NCBI RefSeq assembly: GCF_036321535.1
Contig: NC_087437.1
Coordinates: 69,628,001-69,692,000, forward strand
DNA from: Camelus dromedarius
Lineage: Eukaryota
Direction: 5' to 3'
DNA length: 64,000 bases
The notes beneath the pieces were generated by a model, which saw nothing but the letters and a program-made list of their open reading frames with translations, was not told the origin of the DNA and did not search any database. Position numbers and translations under genes: made by a program. Below are positions 36,696-47,955 of this stretch, in pieces; position 1 is the stretch's first letter; every line of letters begins with the position of its first letter.

Positions 36696-39600
36696 AATAA
36701 AGTATCTGGTAAATCTACCTCTGGTTCCCTGCCTTCCCTCCACACACAGCTGGGAGTGTCTTTAAGAGTAAGCTAGTGTTGGATGAGAAAAGTATACAGA
36801 GGGCACACTATCATATAATTTATGTCACAATGGAAACACCTATCTCCCCATCCAAAAAGTCTGCCTTCATCCTAACTGAGCTTCACACAAGCTCTTTTCA
36901 CATCAAGAAACTCATGGAAAATGATGATGTCTTTACAGCTGACTAGACTGGGCTGCTCATGATGACGGGGAAACTGAGTGGGTTCTCTGAGGGCTAAGGG
37001 GCTCAATCTCTCTTCACACCTGAAACCAATTCCTGTCGCATGTGTGTGACCCAGCACACTGGCTGTAAAGAGCTTCACTAGAGGACCAAGGCTGCTCAGC
37101 CTTTCACTAGATGCTCATCCCTTTGGTGTATGAAACTCTTTCCACATGGAAGCACCTCTGGGGGGATGTAGTATAATAAGCATCATCAGTCATTTACACA
37201 TGAGTTTCTACAGGCTTAATCACTACATCTTTTACTGAAATTTCATTTTCATCTGTGTATTTCACATAGACATGTGAAAAGCTTTACTCAGGCGAGAGCA
37301 GGAGATGTGCTCTGGAAATACAGGAAAAAAACAGTAGAGAAGAAGTGAGAGGGCTTAAAAAGCAAATTACCTCCATAATTTGGATTCAGTCTTCTCTACC
37401 TGTGACATCTTATCCTTGACTGGAAAAGTGAGCAGTGTCCTCATGCCAAACTACTAATGTACCCTGGAAGAGATGCCTGGCCTGAGCTCCTAGTGCCATG
37501 TTGTTTCACAGAGAGTTTAGATATAGTGGGAAGGTAAACCGTTCTTGTTGGATTATCATGTAGAGTCATGTGACTATTAATCTGTAAAGTCATTAATAAT
37601 TTTACCTGGTTGATGTTCCATGCCTTGTACAAGTTTAGGGAATTATTTGCGGAACATCTCAGGGAGAGAGCGCATTAACATTTTCTGCATTGAACCTGTC
37701 TGTAGAGCTATGGGTGCTTTTGAGATTTAGAAATTCAGGTAGAATCTTATTTTAAGCAACTTGAAGAGAAATCGAAATCACTGTATTGAATCCAAATCTC
37801 ATTAAAATGAAAGTTTACTGCCGCAGAGTATGAAGGGAGGTACTGTTTATTGAGTTTTTTATTTGTTTACATAAAACAAGTGTTAGGTACTCACTATGTC
37901 TGCAAACAATAACAAATGGGAGTGATGCGAAAGAGGATGTTCTTGCCAGTTCTGAGGGAGTGCCTAAAATTATCTCTTCCACTGTAACTATATTTAAATG
38001 CATTATAAGATGCTTTTAATATGATTTGTATGTTTTTTGCATTGTTTTAGTAGTGATGGAGATATGGACAGGGTTTCTCTCATAGTGTTCAATTTTTAGG
38101 ACTATGTCTTAGGCAATAGCCTGGTAGAGATTCCTAAACAGAATTACTAATGTTACATTGTTTATAGAGAATTCAGATATAATAAAGAAGTAAATTATTC
38201 TTATAGGATTATCAAATAGAGTTATAGAATATTAATCTCTACGGCTATTGCTAGAGTTCACTCTCGTTTTCCCCTCTATGGCCATTTCACTGATACTCTA
38301 ATGCCACCATCTCCATTTATGAGTTACACCTAATTGGAGACCAAAGCAGAGCTGAAAATCAGGCCTTCTGAGACTTAATACAGTGATGTATTCATACTTG
38401 AAATGTCAGTTTTTCCCAGACTTTGTAGTTTGACTCCCTCAGAAGGTCCTAGACCTCATCTAAATATAACCCCAGTTTGAGCACCAGAATCCAAGTTTTA
38501 TTCCTTAGTAAACACTATACACAAACACACATACCCCTAGCAGTGCATACAACTCTGAAAATTCACCAATACATCTGGCATTAAAGATATTTAGATTACA
38601 CAGCTATGCAACCTCATATTTTACACTTAATTCTAAAAGAGCAACGTGTCCATTATGTAGAATGACAGCTTGCTGCATTCCAGTTTCCAACACAAGGAAT
38701 GTTGCCCACCCTCAAGAGCAGCCTTTCAATTCCAGCTGACTGTTGGCAGAGTGGAGGGGAGAACCTTCTTTTCAATCCCTGTTTATTTGCTCTGTGGGCT
38801 GCAAGGCAGAGTCTGGCTCTGAGAGGGGCTGACATCCTTAGTGCTCAGAGGGCTGGTGTGGAGTGGCTGTCTCTTGTTCTCCCAGACTCCCTTCTTCCAG
38901 CCAATGAGTTAGGATAGGCAAGGCTTCCTTTCCAAAAAATGTGCCACATAGTTGACTTTCCTCTTTTCTAAACTTATACTTCTCAACAGTCTGAGATAAG
39001 GGTGGTAAAGAAGAAGGGACTGTGAAGAAACAGAGTTCTGTTCAACCTGTGCATTCTTTGAATTTTACAAAACACCCAAAAGAAAGGTTGTGAGCTTCAA
39101 GAGACCAGGCAGTAAGTGTGAAAGTCTGATTCTCAAAGAGAGCAGAGTTTCAGTGGAACAATGGACATGGACTGGAGTGGACTAGAACCAGTTTAAGTAT
39201 ATTCCCTGCTTCTCTTTCAATGTATTAGGAAGATTTTGATTTGAGAGAGAAAACGGGGAGACTTGGAACTCTGAACAACAGAAGGGATGATCTACACCAG
39301 GATACACTGGGTGTGGTGTGGGGTCAGATGCTGTGTAGAGTAGCAGGGAGGTGTTAAAGATGTAATTAACAACTGCATTCTAAATAAAAGCTAAGTTTGG
39401 GAACAGATGGGACTAGAAGCTGCAGAAAAAGCCTAGGGGGGTAATGGGAAGATAAACACAAATGTATTAAGAGAAGCAGCTCTTAGCACAGCTAAGTCAA
39501 TGACAAGATAATTAATTGGCACTTAAGAGCTTTTACTTCTTTTAAGTCTTGCTGTGATAGTTCATGGTTTATGAGAAAAAAATGGAATAAGGGTTTTTAT

Positions 39601-39834
39601 TCTGCTTTCTAAATCAGCAGAATTGTGTGTGTGTGTGTATATACATAGCCAGATACACATCCCCACACATACATGTATTTTGAGTGAAAATATGAAGGGA
39701 TAAATATTTTCTTTTTTATTCATCAACACCTGATCTAAATCCAATCAAATGACAAGGTGAATGTGGCTGTATTTTCCTGAGAGACTATCCACCATTTAGC
39801 CAGTGATTGCTTCAGTCAATTCAGGCTTAATACT

Positions 39835-40150
39835 TGTATCATTTAGTTCTTGGCTCTATAATGTTGCATAACAAGCCACCTTCAGACTCTGTACTTTCAA
39901 AAAGAGGCATTCACTCTCCTATTCATAGATTTTCAGGTTAACTGTGTCTCATATGATCTAGGCGAGGCTCAGCTGTGTGACTATGCATTGGGCTGCAGTT
40001 CAGGGGGCTTGGCGTCCAGCCGCAGTTTGGGTTCAAGTCAACTTTACATGTGTTTGTGCCAGAGCCAGGGCTTCAGGGGCAAAACATGTTATTCTCATGG
40101 CAAATGGAAGGGGCCTAGGGGAGTGAGCTGAAATACAGGAAGACTACACA
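39835..40150 (-). mobile_element. MaLR LTR (MLT1-type) fragment
   Basis: tgtatcatttag...tgcataacaagccacc...ggctcagctg...ttctcatggcaaatgg. Confidence 0.65.
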
Positions 40151-40211
40151 GATGAAAGTGCTTAGAATATCACAAAGCATAGATTAAGCAAAGTCTTTAT
40201 AAGCATAAATG

Positions 40212-40683
40212 CAGGCATGCCTCATTTTAGTGTGCTTCGCGCTTTTGCATTTTTTACAAATTGAGGGTTTGTGGCGACCTGCTTCAAGCAAGTCTGTTGG
40301 TGCCATTTTTCCAACAGCATTTGCTCACTTCATGTCTCTGTCACATTTTGGTAATTCTCACAATGTTTACAACTTTTTCATTATTATTGTATTTGTTATG
40401 GTGATCTATGGTCAGTGATTTTTGATGTTACTATTGCAAAAAGATTACTACTTGCTGAAGTCTCAGATGATAGCAGTTTTTAGCAATAAAGTATTTTTAA
40501 TTAAAGTATGTACATTGCTTTTTTAGACATAATGCTATTGCACACTAAATAGACTATAATATAGTGTAAAAATACTTTTATATGCACTGGGAAACCAAAA
40601 AAAATCATATGATTTTTTTTTTATGTTATTTGCTTTATTGTGGTGGTCTGGAGCTGACCTGCAACATCTCTGAAGTACACCTG
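40212..40683 (+). mobile_element. Tigger1-derived internally deleted element
   Basis: Tigger1 5' end caggcatgcctcattttagtgtgcttcgc...ttttacaaattgagggtttgtggc and 3' end catctctgaagtacacctg followed by TA. About 470 bp. Confidence 0.9.
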
Positions 40684-42691
40684 TATACCCTTTATAAATA
40701 TAAGTAATAATATTTGGTACTTACAATTAAATTCTTAGTAGGATTGGCTTTATTTTTTATATTTCCACTTTTTAATCTAAATAGAGTATAGAATTTCTTT
40801 GATTCAGTAAACTGCCTAATAACCACCATTCTAATTTCCAATCTGCTATTGTGATTTTCTCTGGTTTAGTTCAGTCACCTTACAAACAATGAGGATTCAT
40901 AGCCCTTCATCTCAAATAAAATTTGTAACAACAATGAAGAGCAGTCAGTATTTTTTACCCTACCCCAGCCCCCTTAGCATCAGATGACTGCAGCTGTAAG
41001 CAAAACAAAGCCAAAAAAAATTCTGATCCATGGGACCTTAAGGTCCCAGGTATTTCCTCCTTGTAAAGTGAAGTGCCTTGAGACATGAGAGCTGGAGCTT
41101 CCCATACTGCCCACAAAATAGGTCAAGATTTTAGGTTCAGTGGCAAAACGGTATCCTATGGTACTTACTGCCTGAGAAATATCAATCAGTACCTCACTCT
41201 GTGGCTTCTGAGCATGATTAAGCTTACTGTAGCCACATGAAGCAGGTTCAGTTCACCTGCAATTTTTAAAGCAGAATACATAATTCACCAATCTTTCTGA
41301 GGTCATCTACTCTAAATTCCTACCTACTTTCTGGCCACTCTCCCCTTTGTCACTTAAAATACTATGGATATGTATAGAGATCAAATGCTTGCTGAGTTGA
41401 TAATTCATTAAATGACAGTGACCTCAGTTTCTGGCCATGGCTCTGAAAAACACAAAACACCCTGTCCCTACTCCCCAAAATTGGCTGCAATTTGGAGGAC
41501 TGGGTCAAACATCATTTGAAATACTTATCTTCCTACATGAACTTATTTAATATAATTGTTCTACTTAATGAAAAACCAGAAGAGCTGAGTTAAATGAAAT
41601 TAATAAATGGCAGATATTTATTAAAACATTTCATTCATTTTATCAAGAGCAGTGAAATGGTCTTAATATATGTAGAACTTTGCTTTTTGCTATTTATTAA
41701 AATAAGATCTGTCTTTACTTTGATTTATATTCTAAGATTAAAAAGTCAACAAGCTGTTCTTATAGTGTCTGATAGTTGCATAAATGTATGGACATAATAA
41801 AACCATACTAATAATATACATAATAGAAAGGAGAAAGGCAGCTCTCATATAGTCACCACTCTAATTATAGTCAGCTCTACCATAGAGTATTTATTCAATA
41901 TTATAAAGTATTAACAGCTACTTAAAAACTAATTGAATTTGCTAAAAGTTTGATAAAAATATTCATTTGAGTTCTAATGAAAGCCATTCCTGTTTATGTA
42001 GGTTATTACTTTGCCCCATGTTTTAAGGTCAAAGTGGTTCAAAGAAAACCTACTGTTCTAATATCAAGAACACATAACATTTCTTGTATGTTAATTATTG
42101 CTGATGCTGGCTTGGCATTTGTATGAGGTCTCTGTCACGGGAGAATGGTTTTTAAAAAATGATTAAAGTTGAGCATATTTATCCAAGGGAACATTATTGC
42201 TGAATTCTGTTTACATAGGCAGCAATGAAACATTCAGCAATTTGAGTAAAAAAAGTTGACTTACTATCTAAAGGTGGTTTCCAATTTCCAAAATACATAA
42301 GAAAGGATAACACATTGTTAACCTGCAAATGATATCTATCCTATCCTCTGAGACAGCTGCTCCATTTCATCTTGGGTCATAAGTGAAGTGGGTTTATGGA
42401 GATGAAGCTTTAGCCTATTCAGCCAGTACCATTTGCCCACTTTGTTTCTGACAACCACTCAAAAAGGGATTAAGAACAGACTAGAGATACTGAGAGTCAG
42501 AACTGAAAGCAGCATTAACAGTTTTGTTTGGGGAAAATCCAGGAACACAATGCCACTAATGTTTCAAGTCTGAGGGAAAAATGGGAGAATTTAAAGTTGA
42601 ATTGTAGACCTTCATTTACTTGGACATAGCATCTTTCCAATCTGTAACCATCTTTGTTATAATTTTAAATGGTGCATGTTGTCATTTACAT

Positions 42692-42820
42692 CACTGCTAC
42701 TCAAAGTGCGGTCCATGGACCAGTGCCAGTTGGTAAAATATTAACTGCCTATGAATATGCACTATACATGTATAAATATATATATTTATGAGATAAATAT
42801 AGAAATTGAGATTAAATATT
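42692..42820 (+). mobile_element. Charlie4-like hAT fragment
   Basis: cactgctactcaaagtgcggtccatggaccagtgcc...gagataaatatagaaattgaga. Confidence 0.6.
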
Positions 42821-42949
42821 TGGATAAGCATACTTACCTGGTGAACCAGTAAAAAAATTCACAGATTACATTTTGAATAGTAGTGACGATTAGCATGTAA
42901 TTTAAGAAAAAGACTGCAAAGCAATAGATGTCAGATTTAAATTTTAATT

Positions 42950-43065
42950 GGAGCTACTGTCAACTACTAACTTCATCTTTCTGGTCTCAGTTATCTCAAA
43001 TGTAAAATAAGGACTTTAAATTAAATCTCCAAGGTCCCTTCCATAATTAACATTCTGTGATTCTA
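42950..43065 (+). mobile_element. MIR3 fragment
   Basis: tctcagttatctcaaatgtaaaataagg...atctccaaggtcccttcc...cattctgtgattct. Confidence 0.7.
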
Positions 43066-44010
43066 TTAAATATTCTTTTGACTTTTGAATATACTTTTGT
43101 AATATTTTACCTTAACTTTTCCTCATTCATTTATTCATCCTAACCTTTAAAATTGATGCCTGTAAGACATCATAAAGCATATAAACATAAAGAGAAAATA
43201 TCTGAATTATCAACATTTTATCTAACTTTTGTTAAAATAAGACTCTCCCTCAATTTTGACTTTGTGTTATAGAATAGAAATTAATAAGTTATCTTATAGT
43301 TTTTATTTTAACATTTTAATATATGGGCATAGTAAAATTATAAAATATTCAATAAAAATAAGGAAGAAATGGGCTGGTATTATATATTCATCCTGCTATT
43401 CTTGTTGAATAGTAACTCCTTTGTGCTCTTTTAAATAGCTCCTTTACCAAGAAGAAGTCAAAAGATAAGACTTGGAACAGATCTGTGCTCTCAGAGGATA
43501 AATTTCCAGCAAAGACTAAAAGACTTGAAGAGTAAATCTCTGCCAAAGACTTAGAAAAACCAGCCCTCCACTAAAAGCCATATTTGGTAGACAAAGCTCT
43601 GTTACAGATGAAAACTCTGACATTACTCTTTTTGGAAGATACTTTAAGAACACAAATGCTCACTTTCTATTTGATGGGGAACTTTATGTGATGACAGGGC
43701 AACCCTGGCTTCAGGCCCACTGACATAGTGGGAGCTCTCCATGGTACTGCTTCAGATCCTGGCAGCATCAGCTTGCGTGGTTCTTGGTGCTAATTTGGGC
43801 CTTGCTTTTATAAGTTGCTTCCGATATCCAGTTTGATTGAAATGAGATAACGGAGTATCTCACACTACATAGCAGATATTTGCTCCCCAAAATGTGATTT
43901 TTATCTTCCAGTCTTGACCTGTGCTGGTTACAGCATGATTTTTGACCAGCTGCTCATGCCTATAATTGGTATTAAGCTTATCTCCTTTGGTATTAAGCCT
44001 GTCTCCTTCA

Positions 44011-44162
44011 TTATTGTATTTTTTATTTTATTTTTGTTTTGTTTAATTTGAGGGGAGGAGGTAATTAGGTTTATTTATTTTTTTAGAGGAGGTGCTGGGG
44101 ATTGAACCCAGGGCCTTGTGCATGCTAAGCATGCACTATACCACTTGAGCTATACCCTCCCC
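44011..44162 (-). mobile_element. Camelid-type tRNA-derived SINE (Vic-1-like)
   Basis: The minus strand reads GGGGAGGGTATAGCTCAAGTGGTATAGTGCATGCTTAGCATGCACAAGGCCCTGGGTTCAATCCCCAG (A and B boxes), then an A-rich tail. Flanked by taagc(c/t)t(g/a)tctccttca. Confidence 0.92.
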
Positions 44163-44699
44163 TAAGCTTATCTCCTTCAATTCACTCTTTTCTTTCCTTG
44201 GTTGATATGGCCTCACTTCCCCTCTAGTCTTCTAGTCTTTTCTTCAGAACTGAAAACCATGGAATTGTAACATAGAGAAAGGAATTGGGACCATCTCACC
44301 CAACCACATAATCTCATAATCATAACAGATCTTGGATCTCTGCTCACTCTAGTGTCCTTCTCACTATTCCACATTTACAACTCCTAAAATTCTTGAATAC
44401 AAGGCAGGTTCTGGTGTATTTAAATCTCTCTCCCAAAGAAGAATAAAACACTGGAGAGCTGGAGCAGATGAATGCAAATTCTGCTTTTTTTTTTTTTAAC
44501 ACCAAGCACATTGCACTGCACACTGCAGATGTTAAATTTGAGTATTTGTTGAATTGAGTTTGCAGCATTCTTACAGTTTATCCATCTCATTAATTCTTGC
44601 TCTTCTCTTCACTAAATTTCTTCAATTTTTTAATATTTGGGTCATAAAGATATTCAATGAATTTTCCATGTTTCATATACCTTCTTCTGAGTCTTGCTT

Positions 44700-45700
44700 G
44701 GTATTTTGCAGATACTAGGTATTAAATAACATTTTTTATTCAATTTTCCTGTATTGTATCTGCAAGCACCTCTGTGACCTTTGAAGAGTGCTTCCTTATG
44801 ATCAGCATCTAAAAGAAGAGCTCTTTGTTTATATTTGCTGTACTCAGAATATACTTGTGTTTCTTATAATCATTCATGCTTGTTCTTTTTTCAGTGTTGC
44901 TGATTTCTAGGTTCATATTCTTATTGAATATGTGTGTCTGTTAGATTGTTTTCTCCTCTGCTAGAACATTTATTTTTGCCAAGTTCAATCTTATTTTAGA
45001 TGCTTTCTGTTTATATTTGTAAATGTGTTGGCATTCCTTGCATTCTTTTCAGTTCTCTGACATTTGCAATATCTTTAAATCTAGTGCCATCTGCAATTTC
45101 TCTGTAGTCATTCTTGTATACAATGATACTCAGTATAATACTGCCTCTAAAGAGATCACCAGAACTAGATCTCTGGTCACTCATGATAAATCTTTACTAA
45201 CTGACAAAACAATAGCATTAATTTCAGACTGAATTTGAATCAAATTAAAATCTTTACTCTCTATTTCTTATTTATTGAAATTCAACTATACGAGTTGTCC
45301 TGTGGTGACTTTTTTACTTGCTTATGATTCTGTCCACCATAAAGCAACCAGAAAAGATGTCCACCATTTGTTCTTCTCGAGATAATATTGCTTACCTGTC
45401 ATCTTGATGTTTAAAATGATTCTCTACAAACATCTGTTCCATTTAAGAACTGCTTAAATCAGCCTCCAAAATCATTCTCTTTTTACCCATTATGAAGATT
45501 ATTTCCATTCATTTATTATTACTACATCTTTTGGATATATATAGTTCTCTCTTTTCTTCATACCTTTGCAATAATCAGATTCAGTCACTGTGACATGCAA
45601 CTATCAAATCAATTGTAGGCATTATATACCCAGAGTCACTGATTTGTTAATGTCCAAATTTTCCAATTACTCCATTCTCTGCTTTTAGGAGCTGTTTTTT
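44700..45700 (-). mobile_element. Very old CR1-clade LINE RT remnant
   Basis: Minus-strand peptides LENLDINKSVTLGI (about 45625-45665) and KNDYREIADGTRF (about 45077-45115) resemble the CR1 motifs LDxxKSxGPDGI and NDL..KFADDTKL, in the expected order. Confidence 0.45.
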
Positions 45701-47829
45701 GCAGAAAGTTAATTGTATCCTACTCATACATGGTAATTGTCTTCTTATTAAAACAAGATTTAAGAAATTAGTTGAGTCTCTCAGCCATTTGGATTTATCA
45801 TTAATGTCATGTCCCTCATTTATTTTTGACTCCATTCATCAGTTATTTTCTCCACCCTCGTATCCCCTCATGAAGTTTCAAAAATACTTCATTTTAGCTT
45901 TAACCATTTGTGCCAATCCTGACTCATTCCCCTTTTATAGTATTCTTTTTTTCACTTCTAAGTTATAATTTCTTTTCATTTCTTTATGTAAACAATGGCT
46001 TAGTAGTGAGTAAATAGGGAATAACCAGGATTACCACCCTACACTTGATTCAGATCTAAGATTCTGACAGAGCCCCAGCTTGCTTAGGGACCCAATCAGC
46101 TATTCATTGTACCTGAACTTCTACATGTACACTATCGGCATACAATGCTTATGCCATCTACACTATGGGCGCAATCATATGCCCATCCCCTGCCCATCAA
46201 ATACCCACACAGTCTTGTTACGAGTATTTCCCAGCCCTGGTTCCATCAAAGTACAGTCATACCAGGACTCTCTTCCCTAGACCACTTTTTCTTTCATTTA
46301 CCTTTCTATTTATCTTCTTGCCTTCTGACCTTCATATTTCTCATCCTTTTGAATCAGTTCTCTGTTTCTTACCCAAATTTCCTCTAGTAGATTATAGTGT
46401 AACAAAATCCTTTGTTTAATAAAGACACTCCCAAACCCTAGCCAGTTGTCTATTTGTTCCCAGTGGTAATAAATGAAAGAGGGTTTTAGGATCTGAAAAT
46501 GTAAATAATCCTTTGGAATTTAGTGGAATAGGAGTTGACTTCACTTCTCTTTCTCATTCAGTCAACTTGCCTTATTCTCCCTATATCAGGTACAAATTCT
46601 TGATTGTCCCATCTGGAAGGGCTGGGCTTAATTTTGAAACAGTCCATCCTTAATCACTTGGGAACAAGTAACTTGTAACGCAAAGGTTTCTGGACATCTT
46701 AGTTCCCATCCACCAAAAATTCTCCAAAGAAAGCCACAAATATAAGCTGCAACCCATAGTTCTCACAGCAGCTGTACCATCTGGAAAGAGAATCTAGACT
46801 ACCTATAGCATAGACTTCAGTAATCAGTAAATATTTATTAGGTGAGTGAAAAAGATGAGCATGACCCAATCTGATCCTACTTCATATTTTATAGGAATTG
46901 GATATTTTTCCAATTTTTCTTTATGGCCATTAAGTTCATTCATCATACTACCCATGTCCCATCTTTCTTAATCAGTGTCACTTTAGAACCCCCATTTAAG
47001 TAGCAAGTGAATATAAACAACTACCAAGTCCAAGAACAGAGCAAGTCACGAAGCAGTAGAAGAATGTTTGCTTTTAGTAAAGCCCTCATTGGCAGGGTAG
47101 AGGCAACAAGATTCATAAGCTGGATGGGTGGGATCATAAACAAAGTGAGCAGAAGACATACAAGCAACTGTTAAGCAGGAGACAGTTCTCTGTAGCATGA
47201 TGTCATTAACGAAACATCTCATTCTGAGACTCCATTCAAGTTTCACATTTCCAGGGAAGAGTTTATTAGTCTAGCCTAAGTCGTTTTTCCCTCTGGGATC
47301 GGTCAGCCTGTCCAGAGGCTAGTGACACAGAAATGATCACCAGAAATATCACTGATGTCCAGGCAACCATTCAGTTTATGTTGACTTAAGCAGTAGAGTT
47401 TTTCCCTTGATGTCTGTGGTCACCAGTATATTCAAATCTATAAGAGCTTTTAAATTCATTTTTATTTACGTGTTTCTTTAATGGGTCTTAATGTTTACAC
47501 CTAATTCAGACTTTTTAAATATAGAATTAAATGAATTTAAATTCATAGGCACCAAGATTGTGTTTAATGCTAGCATTTTAAAATTAAATTAAGCATTTGA
47601 TCTGTGATACAAGTGTTGTCATAAAAACATTTTTTTAATGAAAGGCCAGAAAACAAAGACTAGATTTGTGGTATCCAGTGCTCATATGCAATGGCTCTTA
47701 GTTTTACCTGGGCTTCCTTTCTGAAAAGTTGGCCTCTTTCTCAATGAGATGTCATTATTTCTCATGTACACATTGGCTTAGCCAATCAGCCAATTCTCAG
47801 TTGTTCAGGGCTTGCTGTCTCCTCTTAGA

Positions 47830-47955
47830 ATTGTCATTCAAATGTGAGCCTCTGAAGGGTAGGAGCTTTGCCCTCTATCTGTATAGCCCCATGCTTAGTG
47901 GAGCATATTACAAGCACTAATGGTGTGTTTATTGAATGGATGAGTGAATGGATGA
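47830..47955 (+). mobile_element. L2 3' end
   Basis: aaatgtgagcctctgaagggtagg...atctgtatagccccatgcttag...tgtttattgaatggatgagtgaatgg. Confidence 0.75.

Noticed and set aside
42830..42841. ATACTTACCTGG, identical to the U1 snRNA 5' end
   Set aside because: Similarity stops after 12 nt. It is better read as a minus-strand splice-donor-like site.
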